Below are positions 18,460 to 28,210 of a stretch of 51,323 bases of DNA, piece by piece. The notes below the pieces were generated by a model, which did no database searches, was not told the DNA's origin, and saw nothing but the letters and a program-made list of their open reading frames with translations. The translations under genes and the position numbers were made by a program. This DNA is from Chlamydiota bacterium (GTDB taxonomy: Bacteria > Chlamydiota > Chlamydiia > Chlamydiales > Criblamydiaceae). The stretch's first letter is position 1; each line of letters starts with the position of its first letter. Location of the stretch: assembly GCA_013288845.1 (NCBI GenBank), contig JABDBB010000001.1:1-51323 (forward strand). The letters are read 5' to 3'.

Positions 18460-18656
18460 CGCGCAGCGTTTGGAGTGCGGTGACTCGTCACCGCTTTGCC
18501 CTCGACTCGACTTGTCGAGGCGTTTTAAGCGATATTTTGTGTTTATAGATATTCAGAAATTCGTTCAAAGATTAGTCTCTAAGTTTTTAAAACCGCATCG
18601 ACAAGTCGATGCGAGGGCAAAGCGGTGACGAGTCACCGCACTCCAAACGCTGCGCG
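18460..18656. repeat. MITE-like palindromic element, copy 2 (same orientation as copy 1)
   Basis: About 95% identical by eye to 3296-3493. Intergenic, between the metallophosphoesterase and the EEP gene. Confidence 0.9.
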
Positions 18657-18792
18657 TCTTACATTCCTATTTACATAAACAATTAACTATTAATTACTTA
18701 TAAAATTTTCTTGTTATAAGAGTTTAAAAAATATTGAACATCGAAACGTTTTTTATCGCAATGTTGCTTGTTTTCCTCTATTCATGATATAA

Positions 18793-19731
18793 ATGCTTCA
18801 ATCTTTTTACCCCGGAGATATCATGGGATATTTCAGAGTTTTAACGTGGAATATTTTACACGAATTTTTTGCTATAAAGTATGAAACTGCCCCGGGAATA
18901 ATTACAACAACAGTAAACGGTGAAAAGAAAATTACAGGAAACTGGAAAACCCGAAAAATTCTTATCCTGAATGTTTTGGAGAAGTCCAAATGCGATATCA
19001 TTTGCCTACAAGAAGTATCTCTCGAGGCAAGAGCTTTTTTTGAAGCAGAGTTAAGAAAAATTCATTATATAATCGCAGGTTGTGTAATACATTCGACCTT
19101 AGATCATAAAAATCCTTATGGTAATCTTATTTTCTATAAACCAAGAGAAGAGGCTCTGACTGCATTCAAACTTAAAACTTATCGGACATTAGAAAAAAAA
19201 TTAATATTTCCCCAAAAACTTTATATAACGGGTAGAGGTGAGTTGTTTGTCGATTTTAATGTCGGAGATAATACATGTATTCGGGTTGCCACTACACATT
19301 TAATCGGATACTCTCGTTTTGATCAAGATCCGGGTTCGGAACAGAAAAAAAAGGAAGCAGCTCTGACAGGATATAATCAATTAACTGAAATTATTGAATA
19401 TATAGAAAAGGATAGTGACGAAATTGACTGTATCATGATTACCGGAGATTTCAATGAAGGATTTGAAGCGGAAAAAGAAGATTATTCACGTTTGAAATTA
19501 TTAGAAAGAAACGGGTATATTTATGACGGAAATAAAGATCCTTCAGAACCCTCCACAAAAACAAAAATAGATCATATTTATCTGAAATATCTTCGTCAGA
19601 GAGAATTAGTCACACAAATCACTCATGAAACTGCCCCTCCGGGAGCCGAAGAGGCTTCGGATCATCTGCCTGTTTTACTTAAGTTGCTTCTGAGGAAGAA
19701 TTTTGTTCGAGACGGTCAAGTATCCACTTAG
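18793..19731 (+). CDS. Endonuclease/exonuclease/phosphatase (EEP) family protein, CCR4/nocturnin-like or inositol-phosphatase-like
   Basis: Motifs VLTWNIL, DIICLQEV, ATTHL, ITGDFN, DHIY, SDHLPV, so all EEP catalytic motifs are present. ATG at 18823 is preceded by GGAGA and may be the true start. Confidence 0.75.
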   Translation: MLQSFYPGDIMGYFRVLTWNILHEFFAIKYETAPGIITTTVNGEKKITGNWKTRKILILNVLEKSKCDIICLQEVSLEARAFFEAELRKIHYIIAGCVIHSTLDHKNPYGNLIFYKPREEALTAFKLKTYRTLEKKLIFPQKLYITGRGELFVDFNVGDNTCIRVATTHLIGYSRFDQDPGSEQKKKEAALTGYNQLTEIIEYIEKDSDEIDCIMITGDFNEGFEAEKEDYSRLKLLERNGYIYDGNKDPSEPSTKTKIDHIYLKYLRQRELVTQITHETAPPGAEEASDHLPVLLKLLLRKNFVRDGQVST

Positions 19732-20470
19732 CACCGCTGTCAAAAATTTCAGGGGAAGTGCCGTGTCCCTTATGGCCTATAGAGGGGGAAATGATCAACT
19801 CCGTTTGAGGAGTGCGTACCCCTTTTTGATAGGAAACTTCCGCCACCTTTTGTATGAATGCAAAACACTCTTCCGTTCCCGTCAGAACATCCCGATTCCC
19901 TATATAAAAACGGATGTTTTTGCCGACCAATTTTTCTGCAAGATGTACTAAGTCAAAAGTCTCTCCGATAGCCTTCTCCGGATCTTTTTCACTTTTTCTC
20001 AGAAAGCCGAATTTGGTGAGGGGAGCGAATCCGACAAGCGATTGAATGAGCGGATTCCGAGCTGCAATATGTGTCGCTATATAAGCGCCTCTGGATAAGC
20101 CGCCTATGCTTATTCGATCGGGATCGATATAGCCTTGCTCAAGTAAAAAATCGATGTTTTTTCCGGCATGATCTAAAAATTCTATAAAAAAATCACTTCC
20201 GCGATCAAACTCCCTCGTCCATAATTCCATCGCCTCAGCGGGAGATCGGCCGTGTCCGTGAAAAGGAAGGGTGAAAGAAAAGGTTCTGATCCGGCGATTT
20301 TTTAGAAAAATGACAGGGCGGTTAAAAGGATCAAGAGCCAAACTTTCTTCACCTGATAAAGCAAAATAAAAAAAAGCCGGAAGGGGACCTTCCTGTAAAT
20401 CAGGACCTGAATGATAGATTTCTAAAGGAAAAGGAGCCGGTATTTTTTCAACTCCGCGGGGATTTTCCAT
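19679..20470 (-). CDS. Alpha/beta hydrolase (dienelactone hydrolase / S9-like)
   Basis: Nucleophile elbow GGLSRGA, plus a C-terminal GHKGHG segment that may hold the catalytic His. 263 aa. Confidence 0.6.
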   Translation of the reverse strand: MENPRGVEKIPAPFPLEIYHSGPDLQEGPLPAFFYFALSGEESLALDPFNRPVIFLKNRRIRTFSFTLPFHGHGRSPAEAMELWTREFDRGSDFFIEFLDHAGKNIDFLLEQGYIDPDRISIGGLSRGAYIATHIAARNPLIQSLVGFAPLTKFGFLRKSEKDPEKAIGETFDLVHLAEKLVGKNIRFYIGNRDVLTGTEECFAFIQKVAEVSYQKGVRTPQTELIISPSIGHKGHGTSPEIFDSGAKWILDRLEQNSSSEAT

Positions 20471-21713
20471 AATATCTTCTGCGCTTTTTTACGGGTGAAT
20501 CCGAGTGATGCGGCGGTTTATCAGGGCGAATATTCTGTTTGAACAGTTTTTTCCAGGTTTCATACTCTTCTGCAAGATCCGGATTGATCAAAGTTCTCAG
20601 TTTCAAAAATTGAAGAGCTAGCGAAAATTCTTTATGGTGGTATAATTTCGGTTTATGGTGAGTCTTTCCCGAAAAAGGGGTAAAACGAAATTGTGTCGTC
20701 AGGATGTATCCGATAGTGGTACTCATTTTTTTCGGAAAATGAGAAAAAGAAGAGGTGACAAACGCTTTGATGATCCCTGCAGACACCATCATAATCTCGC
20801 CGATATGAGGGGCAATCCCTTTATCGGTAAATTGTAATTTTAATTCGTGCTCAAGAATAGGAAATAAAAGACAGCAAGCCAAAACATTGCGATCTAAAGC
20901 TTTGTCATACCGCTCTTTATTGACCCGATCGGCTTGGTCAAGATAGGAGTAAATTTCTTCTCCGTGTTTCCCTTGGATAAAATGGGTAAGACAGGGAAAC
21001 AGAAGCTCTAATAAAGAGGACTCCGCCATAAGACGGAAAAATTTTGAAGAGGATCCGGACTCAAGCATTCTCAGAATCTCTTCTAAAATACGGGCCGGAG
21101 AGCTTTTGACGATCTCTTCTTTACAAATTTCCAGCGCCTTTCGACATTCGGGAGAGATGGTAAAATCAAATCGGGCTGTAAATTTCAAAAGCCGGATCAT
21201 CCTTACGGGATCCTGTTTGAAACGAATCACCGGATCACCGATACTTTTGAGAACTCTTTGATGAATGTCTTCCCAGCCGCCTACGTAATCGATAATACTG
21301 TTTCCGGTCGGATCGTAAAACAGTCCGTTGATAGTGAAATCGCGTCGCAACGCATCTTCTTCAGGAGATCCCCAAGTATTGTCTCTGGTAATTAAGGTAT
21401 CGGTATTTTCACCTGAACGAAAAGTGGCCACTTCCAAAACTTTATGGCCGAATCGTATGTGTGCCAATCGAAATCGCTTTCCGATCAAAATACACTGTCT
21501 GTTAAAAACATGTTTGATTTCTTCGGGTTTCGCCGAGGTGGAAATGTCAAAATCTTTGGGTTTGTGATTGGTAAGAAGATCTCTAACGCCGCCGCCTACC
21601 AGATACGCCTCATATCCCGCACGTTTAAGACGCGCAATGACTTCAAGAGCGTCTTTATCGATGAGATTATGGTTAAAATCATGTTCTGTTGTTGTATAGT
21701 CTTTTCTTTGCAC
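20448..21713 (-). CDS. pcnB: Poly(A) polymerase / CCA-adding nucleotidyltransferase family protein
   Basis: Head-domain motifs LVGGGVRDLL, KDFDI, RRDFTINGLFYD. Basic C-terminal tail. Confidence 0.75.
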   Translation of the reverse strand: MQRKDYTTTEHDFNHNLIDKDALEVIARLKRAGYEAYLVGGGVRDLLTNHKPKDFDISTSAKPEEIKHVFNRQCILIGKRFRLAHIRFGHKVLEVATFRSGENTDTLITRDNTWGSPEEDALRRDFTINGLFYDPTGNSIIDYVGGWEDIHQRVLKSIGDPVIRFKQDPVRMIRLLKFTARFDFTISPECRKALEICKEEIVKSSPARILEEILRMLESGSSSKFFRLMAESSLLELLFPCLTHFIQGKHGEEIYSYLDQADRVNKERYDKALDRNVLACCLLFPILEHELKLQFTDKGIAPHIGEIMMVSAGIIKAFVTSSFSHFPKKMSTTIGYILTTQFRFTPFSGKTHHKPKLYHHKEFSLALQFLKLRTLINPDLAEEYETWKKLFKQNIRPDKPPHHSDSPVKKRRRYYGKSPRS

Positions 21714-21926
21714 TAGCGATGAGGTATTTGGGGTTACTAAGTATAAGTCTTTTATAAAATATCATCATAAATTATGGGTCACTATATAGTCAAGCATACT
21801 CTTTCTCACTTAAATTTTTTATTCAAATAATATTTCCGGTCCGAAATGAAGAGTTTTACTTGCTAAGTCTTTCTTTATGGATTAACCTCATTTCTTTCTA
21901 TAAAACATTCAAAATTAAAGTGTGTG

Positions 21927-23291
21927 ATGACAGAACGTACAATAAAAATATTCGGAACAGACGGTGTCAGAGGAAAAGCAAATCACAATCCGATGACTGT
22001 AGAAATTGCCATGGCACTCGGACGTGCCGCCGGAAAATTATTTAGAACCCACTCGGGAAAACACAGAGTCGTCATCGGAAAAGATACCCGACTCTCTTGT
22101 TATATGTTTGAAAATGCCCTCATTGCCGGCTTGTGTTCCATGGGAATAGACACCCTCATGGTCGGACCCCTCCCCACTCCCGGTGTAGCCTTTATTACCC
22201 GTGCCTACAGAGCCGATGCCGGAATTGTCATTTCGGCTTCACACAACCCTTTCCGGGATAACGGAATAAAATTCTTTTCAGCCGAAGGATTTAAATTTTC
22301 TCCCGAATGGGAAGCGGAAATCGAAAAACTGGTGAGTCTGAATGATTTTGATGATTGCCTTCCCGAAGCCTCCGATATCGGCAAAAATACGAAAATTGAC
22401 GATGCAAACGGCAGGTATATCGAATTTGCAAAAAATACATTCCCACGACATCTCTCTCTATCGGGTATGAAAATTGCCCTCGACTGTGCCAACGGCGCCG
22501 GTTATCGTGTTGCCCCTATGATTTTCAGAGAATTGGGTGCAGAGGTAATTGCGATAGGAGATAGACCTAACGGACTGAATATCAACGACATGTGTGGTTC
22601 ATTGCATCCGGAAAAAGTCCGGGAGCTTGTCCGGGAACACAAGGCCCACGTAGGAATCGCCCTCGACGGGGATGCCGATAGAGTCATCATGGTAGATGAA
22701 AAAGGAAATATCCTGGACGGCGATGCCATCCTTGCTATCAGCGCAAAATATCTCCGGGAAAAAGGGGAGTTGAAAAACAATAAGGTCGTGACGACCGTCA
22801 TGAGCAATCTCGGATTCTTCCGGGCTATGAAAGAGATCGGAGTAGAGGTCATCACCACACAAGTGGGGGACAGACATGTTTTTAGAGAGATGCTGGAGGC
22901 GGATTGTAATCTGGGCGGCGAGCAAAGCGGACATGTGATTTTCTCTGATTTCAATACAACGGGAGACGGATTGGTTACGGCTCTGCAAATACTGAAATTT
23001 ATGCTGGAAAAAAATATGTCCCTGAGCCAACTGACAGCCTCTTTTAAAAAATATCCTCAGGTTTGTTTAAATATTCCGGTATCTTCAAAACCGCCCCTTG
23101 AAAATTTAGAACAGGTAAAAAAAGATATTTCTCAGGGAAATAAAATATTGTCAGAAAACGGACGTATCCTTGTACGATATTCCGGAACTGAAAATATTTG
23201 CCGTGTTATGGTAGAAGGACCTGAAAAAGAGGAAATAGATCGGATTGCGCAATCGATAGCCGGCTCTATAAAAAATGAAATCGGATCATAG
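21927..23291 (+). CDS. glmM: Phosphoglucosamine mutase
   Basis: Motifs FGTDGVRGKAN, the phosphoserine loop SASHNPFRDNGIKFF, DGDADR, GGEQSGH. The track start GTG at 21924 is immediately followed by ATG at 21927. Confidence 0.9.
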   Translation: MTERTIKIFGTDGVRGKANHNPMTVEIAMALGRAAGKLFRTHSGKHRVVIGKDTRLSCYMFENALIAGLCSMGIDTLMVGPLPTPGVAFITRAYRADAGIVISASHNPFRDNGIKFFSAEGFKFSPEWEAEIEKLVSLNDFDDCLPEASDIGKNTKIDDANGRYIEFAKNTFPRHLSLSGMKIALDCANGAGYRVAPMIFRELGAEVIAIGDRPNGLNINDMCGSLHPEKVRELVREHKAHVGIALDGDADRVIMVDEKGNILDGDAILAISAKYLREKGELKNNKVVTTVMSNLGFFRAMKEIGVEVITTQVGDRHVFREMLEADCNLGGEQSGHVIFSDFNTTGDGLVTALQILKFMLEKNMSLSQLTASFKKYPQVCLNIPVSSKPPLENLEQVKKDISQGNKILSENGRILVRYSGTENICRVMVEGPEKEEIDRIAQSIAGSIKNEIGS

Positions 23292-23306
23292 AATAAGGAA
23301 TACAAT

Positions 23307-25136
23307 ATGTGCGGAATATTCGGATACGTCGGTAAAAATAATGCTGTTGCCATTGTCATCGAAGGTCTTAAAAAACTGGAATACAGAGGATACGATTCAG
23401 CGGGAATTGCAGGTCTGAAAGACGGAGAAATTGTTTTCTGTAAAGAAGTAGGAAAAATTTCTGTATTAGAAAAGGTCCTTTTAGAAAAGAAAACGGTACT
23501 CGATCTTGCCATCGCTCATACACGCTGGGCCACTCACGGCATTCCCTCCGAAAATAATGCGCATCCTCATTTTGATATGAACAGGTCTCTCGCACTTGTA
23601 CACAACGGGATCATAGAAAATTATGCAGAACTGAAAGCACAACTGTCAGCCGAAGGGGTAGTATTCCAATCCGATACAGATACGGAAGTCATCGCAAATG
23701 TGATCGCAAAATATTATCGCGGCAACCTCCCCGAAGCGGTCAATGCGGCTCTTCCTCTCCTCAAAGGGGCCTATGCCATCGCTCTTGTTCATAAAGATCA
23801 CCCCGGGAAAATTATTGCAGTAGCCAACCAATCGCCTATCGTAATCGGAGTCAGTCAGGGTGAAGTGTTTATCTCCTCCGATACTCATGCCCTGGCTTCC
23901 GGAACGCGCGATGTCATTTTCCTCTCCGATAACGAAATCGGAGTCATTAGTACAGACAAAATAGAAATTTTTAACTGCCATAACGAACAAATAGAAAAGC
24001 AAACGGAAACTCTGAAATATTCAGGTGAAGAGGTCTCTAAAGGGGATTACGAACACTTCACCCTCAAAGAAATTTTCGAACAACCGCAAACAATTCGAAA
24101 TGCCTGCTCTTCACGTCTCATGGAGGAGTACGGTACCTCATTTTTTGAAGGTCTTGCAGAACATCTTGCGGATCTACATACAGTCGAAAGAATCCTCATC
24201 CTGGCTTGCGGGACCTCCTGGCACGCCGGATTTGTTGCGTCTTATCTGATTGAAGAATATGCAAGAATTCCGGTTCAGGTAGAAATTTCCTCGGAATTTC
24301 GCTATAAAAATGCAATCGTAGCACAAAACACTCTGGTGATTGCGATAAGTCAATCCGGCGAAACAGCAGACACCATCGCAGCTGTAAGAGAGCTGAAGCG
24401 TGCAAAAGCGGCAAAAATTTTAAGCATTTCTAACGTCCAAGGATCGACATTAGCAAGGGAATCGGATTTCACGATCTTTTTACATGCCGGACCGGAAATA
24501 GGGGTATGCTCTACAAAAGCATTTACAAGTCAGCTGGTCATTCTATCACTTTTTGCCCTCCAACTAGCCCGTATGAGGCACATGAATATAGAGGAGGGAC
24601 GTCAATTTTTAGAGGCTCTAAAAAAGATTCCGGATCAGGTAAGCTCCATCCTGAAACAAGCCGACTCCATCGCACAAATCGCAAAAAAATATGCGCAATA
24701 CAACAATTTTTTCTTCTTAGGAAGGCAATACATGTATCCGACATGCCTGGAGGGGGCTCTGAAACTAAAAGAGATCTCCTACATAAATGCTGTAGGTTAC
24801 CCGGCCGGAGAAATGAAGCACGGTCCTATCGCCCTGATCAACGAGGAATGCCCGACAGTAGCTCTATGCACCAACCATAAAACGTTTGATAAAATAGTCA
24901 GCAATCTCATGGAGGTCAAAGCAAGAAAAGGGCCCATCCTCGCGATCATAGATGAATCACAGGAAAAAGTAAGCGCAATCGTCGATGATGTCATCCGAAT
25001 CCCGCAAACAATAGACTCTCTCGCGCCCATATTGACGACAATAGTCACACAACTGTTAGCTTATTTTATTGCTCACGAATTGGGAGCGGAAATTGACCAA
25101 CCGAAAAATTTGGCGAAATCAGTGACTGTGGAATAA
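23307..25136 (+). CDS. glmS: Glutamine--fructose-6-phosphate aminotransferase
   Basis: N-terminal MCGIFGY (catalytic Cys2), two SIS domains, and the typical C-terminal SVTVE. Confidence 0.95.
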   Translation: MCGIFGYVGKNNAVAIVIEGLKKLEYRGYDSAGIAGLKDGEIVFCKEVGKISVLEKVLLEKKTVLDLAIAHTRWATHGIPSENNAHPHFDMNRSLALVHNGIIENYAELKAQLSAEGVVFQSDTDTEVIANVIAKYYRGNLPEAVNAALPLLKGAYAIALVHKDHPGKIIAVANQSPIVIGVSQGEVFISSDTHALASGTRDVIFLSDNEIGVISTDKIEIFNCHNEQIEKQTETLKYSGEEVSKGDYEHFTLKEIFEQPQTIRNACSSRLMEEYGTSFFEGLAEHLADLHTVERILILACGTSWHAGFVASYLIEEYARIPVQVEISSEFRYKNAIVAQNTLVIAISQSGETADTIAAVRELKRAKAAKILSISNVQGSTLARESDFTIFLHAGPEIGVCSTKAFTSQLVILSLFALQLARMRHMNIEEGRQFLEALKKIPDQVSSILKQADSIAQIAKKYAQYNNFFFLGRQYMYPTCLEGALKLKEISYINAVGYPAGEMKHGPIALINEECPTVALCTNHKTFDKIVSNLMEVKARKGPILAIIDESQEKVSAIVDDVIRIPQTIDSLAPILTTIVTQLLAYFIAHELGAEIDQPKNLAKSVTVE

Positions 25137-25165
25137 AAAACTCGGGAATTGTGTCGCCTTTATTA

Positions 25166-26623
25166 TTAGATAGAACGGTTTAGGTTAAAAAATTTTTTTT
25201 GTTTTTGTAAAACTACCTGCTGTTCTTCAAAAACTGCCAAGATTTCGAAAAGAGAGGGGCGTTGCCACGAATTCTCATCCAGAGCTGCAATCAAAATATC
25301 TCGTATTTCATTACCCATATGATCGTTTGTCGGCAAATGAAGGTAGTCGGTCTCAGGATAGTATGCGGAACCCAACTTAAACGGTTCCACTCCATAGAAT
25401 AACACCCAAAGGGTTGCGGCAAGGGCAAAAATATCTCTCTTTACATTTATCAAGATCCAAGATTCGGATAACTTCTCTTTCAATTCGGCGTCTTTTTCAG
25501 TCAGATAGGCCACAATAAGGGCTTGTGCCTGTTCCCAATCAAATTTTGTGAAGTAAAGATAAGTAAATGTAGTACAAAAAGGCATATCGGAATTCATCAT
25601 CATATCTTCACCGGCTCTTTTCGAACCACCTAAATCCGAAAGTAAAATTTTTTCAGGAACCTTTTCCCCCCCCTGTAAACGGAACGTCAACAAACAATTG
25701 CCCGGTTTAATATCCCCATGAATAATCCATAGTCCGTGCAAAAAAGCTACCGCTTTGATTAATTCAATTCCTAACCGGATAAGTAAAGCCGGATTCACAT
25801 TTAACGGAATCAACCAATTTTCGATAGCTGTACACAAATCTCCCCCGGCGCACAATTCAGTAATCAGAGCATCTCTGTAGACCAAACCTTTAATCATATC
25901 ATTTATTGAAAATTTTATTTTCAGTAACGGTCGTGATTCAATACATATATTCTTCGAATTCCCCAAATGAATTTGTTGCAATCTTTTATCTGTCCGGAAA
26001 ATATCCTCATTTCCGGGATTTGACAAACTGATTTTTAAGGCAGCAAAACGGGCGAGTGAAAAAATATAAATTTTTTGGACTGTAGTAGATGTTCCTGATC
26101 CCAGAAAATTTATATCACCGGAAGAGGATTTCAGATTGAATAAATCAAAAATAATTAAACCGGTATCTTTACGCAAACAACCAAATGTAACGGAGGGAAT
26201 TTTTTTTATGTTAAATATTGAAACACAGGTAAGGACATTAGATTGAACAAGAGTTACATTGGCTTTTTTGATGATTTTCATAAGTAAATATTTTGACAAA
26301 TCATAGGCGGGCGGGTCGTTTGGATTTTTTTTGGAGATCAATAATCCGGAAACATTCTTATATAAAGAACGAATGGTCTCATAATCAAATTTTGCCTGAT
26401 CAATAATAGATCCATATTTATCTTGCTGCTTTCTTATAAAAGTAAATTCTGCATACGGGCCTGCATAAACCTTTTCCCTTACTTGATCGGGATAAACCAT
26501 TAAATTGTCGGCTACCGTACGTATATAAGTATCTAACAGTGTGTGATGAAAATTGCTATATCTTATTGAAACAACCGGAGGAAGTGTCCGGGAATGACGA
26601 AGGGAAGGAGGTTGAATGGGCAT
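25166..26623 (-). CDS. Eukaryotic-like (Hanks-type) protein kinase-fold protein, paralog A
   Basis: G-loop-like FLGSGTSTTVQK, Lys motif FAALKIS, catalytic loop IIHGDIKPGNCLL (nt ~25695-25727), LSDLGGS in place of DFG, subdomain IX RDIFALAATLWVLFYG, subdomain XI RPS. ~170-aa family-specific N-terminal region. No signal peptide. Confidence 0.8.
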   Translation of the reverse strand: MPIQPPSLRHSRTLPPVVSIRYSNFHHTLLDTYIRTVADNLMVYPDQVREKVYAGPYAEFTFIRKQQDKYGSIIDQAKFDYETIRSLYKNVSGLLISKKNPNDPPAYDLSKYLLMKIIKKANVTLVQSNVLTCVSIFNIKKIPSVTFGCLRKDTGLIIFDLFNLKSSSGDINFLGSGTSTTVQKIYIFSLARFAALKISLSNPGNEDIFRTDKRLQQIHLGNSKNICIESRPLLKIKFSINDMIKGLVYRDALITELCAGGDLCTAIENWLIPLNVNPALLIRLGIELIKAVAFLHGLWIIHGDIKPGNCLLTFRLQGGEKVPEKILLSDLGGSKRAGEDMMMNSDMPFCTTFTYLYFTKFDWEQAQALIVAYLTEKDAELKEKLSESWILINVKRDIFALAATLWVLFYGVEPFKLGSAYYPETDYLHLPTNDHMGNEIRDILIAALDENSWQRPSLFEILAVFEEQQVVLQKQKKFFNLNRSI

Positions 26624-26700
26624 TTTTTCTCTACTTTAATATTATTGTGTAATGATTTTTCATGTTTGGATATTTATAAACAATATTGTTGTATGAAAAT

Positions 26701-28110
26701 CTACTCACATAGATTTTTTAAAGTCTCAACTTCTCTTTCAAAAACTTGGAGCATTCTTTCCGGTGAGGGTCTTTCCAAAGAATTTTCAGAAAGAGCATCA
26801 ACTAAAATATACTTTATCTCCTCACCCATAATATCTTTCAGAGGTTTATAAATTATCTCCGGATTTGCATACTTTTCTCCGATATCGCAAGGCATTTGAT
26901 TATAGAATAAGACCCAAAGAGATGTTGCAAGTCCAAAGAGATCTCTTTTTTTATTAAGATCTATCCAACGTTGCCGAAGTTCTTCTTTTTTATAAGAAGT
27001 TGTACAATTTATGTAATCGGATGCAAATATAAGGGCTGTCTCATGATCAAATTTCGTAAAATAACCTACTGAACAAAGGGTGCTAAAACAATTCTGAGGA
27101 TCTATAAGCGGCTCTTCGGATAAATTTTTCGATCCTCCAAAATCGCTTAGTTTAATGCTTTTAAAAACCTTTTCTCCGTTTATTAATCGATATATCAATA
27201 AAAGATTGTCGGGTTTAATATCCCCATGAATAATTCCTGAATCATGTAAAACCTTCACAGCCTTTATTAAGCGGATTGCACTATACAAAAGCTGTAATTT
27301 ATTCACCTGATCCGGCTTGAACCATGTTTTGAGAGCGGTAATTAAATTGCCTCCGTTGCAGTATTTTGTTATGATCAAATCTATAGTCAAAAAATTATTA
27401 TTATTTAAATTTTTCACCGTTATAGTTGTTTTAAGTAGGGGAAACTCTTGGATTCCGGATTCTTTCAGGGAAAGAATATTACGAAATTCTCTATTCGAAT
27501 AAATATGTTTAAGTATTTTTATGTCCTTTTGGATCATAATGTTTCCTTCGGGGCAAATGCTGATTTTTAATGCGGCTAAAGCTGCCGAAGATATGCAATA
27601 AGTTTTTTGTACCGTAATATAATTGCCCCTCCCCAAAAAATTAGGATCCTCCTGAGAAACCGCTAATTTTGTGAAAGTAAAAATGAAGAGGGTGTTTTTT
27701 TTACGCATACACCCAAAAAAAATAGAGGGCATATCTTTTAATATAAAGATTTCCGCGCCCGAAGGATGGTAAGATCGGGAAAGAACCACATTAGCTTTTT
27801 TGATAATTTTTTGGAGAAGATGTTCCGTTAAATGATATTCCGGGCATTCATTCGATTCTTTTAAGGAAATGAGTAAAGTGGAATTACATTTTTTATATAA
27901 AGATCGGATTTTATTATAATCGGATCGCGCCTGCTCTATAATGGATCCATATTTATTTCTTTGGGATTCTAAATAAGCATCCGCTGTATTTTGAAAAATT
28001 TTTGTTGTTAGTTTATTCGGACAAATTAACAGCCGGTGCCCGAATGCCTCTATATCGGTAATGAAAACTCCGGTAGAAAATCCGGATGCTCCGGTAGCAG
28101 GGTTAGCCAT
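26701..28110 (-). CDS. Eukaryotic-like protein kinase-fold protein, paralog B (all catalytic motifs intact)
   Basis: Motifs FLGRGNYITVQK, AALKIS, IIHGDIKPDNLLL, LSDFGGSK, RDLFGLATSLWVLFY, ERPS. Confidence 0.8.
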   Translation of the reverse strand: MANPATGASGFSTGVFITDIEAFGHRLLICPNKLTTKIFQNTADAYLESQRNKYGSIIEQARSDYNKIRSLYKKCNSTLLISLKESNECPEYHLTEHLLQKIIKKANVVLSRSYHPSGAEIFILKDMPSIFFGCMRKKNTLFIFTFTKLAVSQEDPNFLGRGNYITVQKTYCISSAALAALKISICPEGNIMIQKDIKILKHIYSNREFRNILSLKESGIQEFPLLKTTITVKNLNNNNFLTIDLIITKYCNGGNLITALKTWFKPDQVNKLQLLYSAIRLIKAVKVLHDSGIIHGDIKPDNLLLIYRLINGEKVFKSIKLSDFGGSKNLSEEPLIDPQNCFSTLCSVGYFTKFDHETALIFASDYINCTTSYKKEELRQRWIDLNKKRDLFGLATSLWVLFYNQMPCDIGEKYANPEIIYKPLKDIMGEEIKYILVDALSENSLERPSPERMLQVFEREVETLKNLCE

Positions 28111-28210
28111 ATTTTTCCTTAATATTAGTTATATGTAATATAATACATTAACATAAGTAATGTTTATTAAGTATAAAATATAATTTTTTTGTAAAAACAG
28201 AATAAATATT

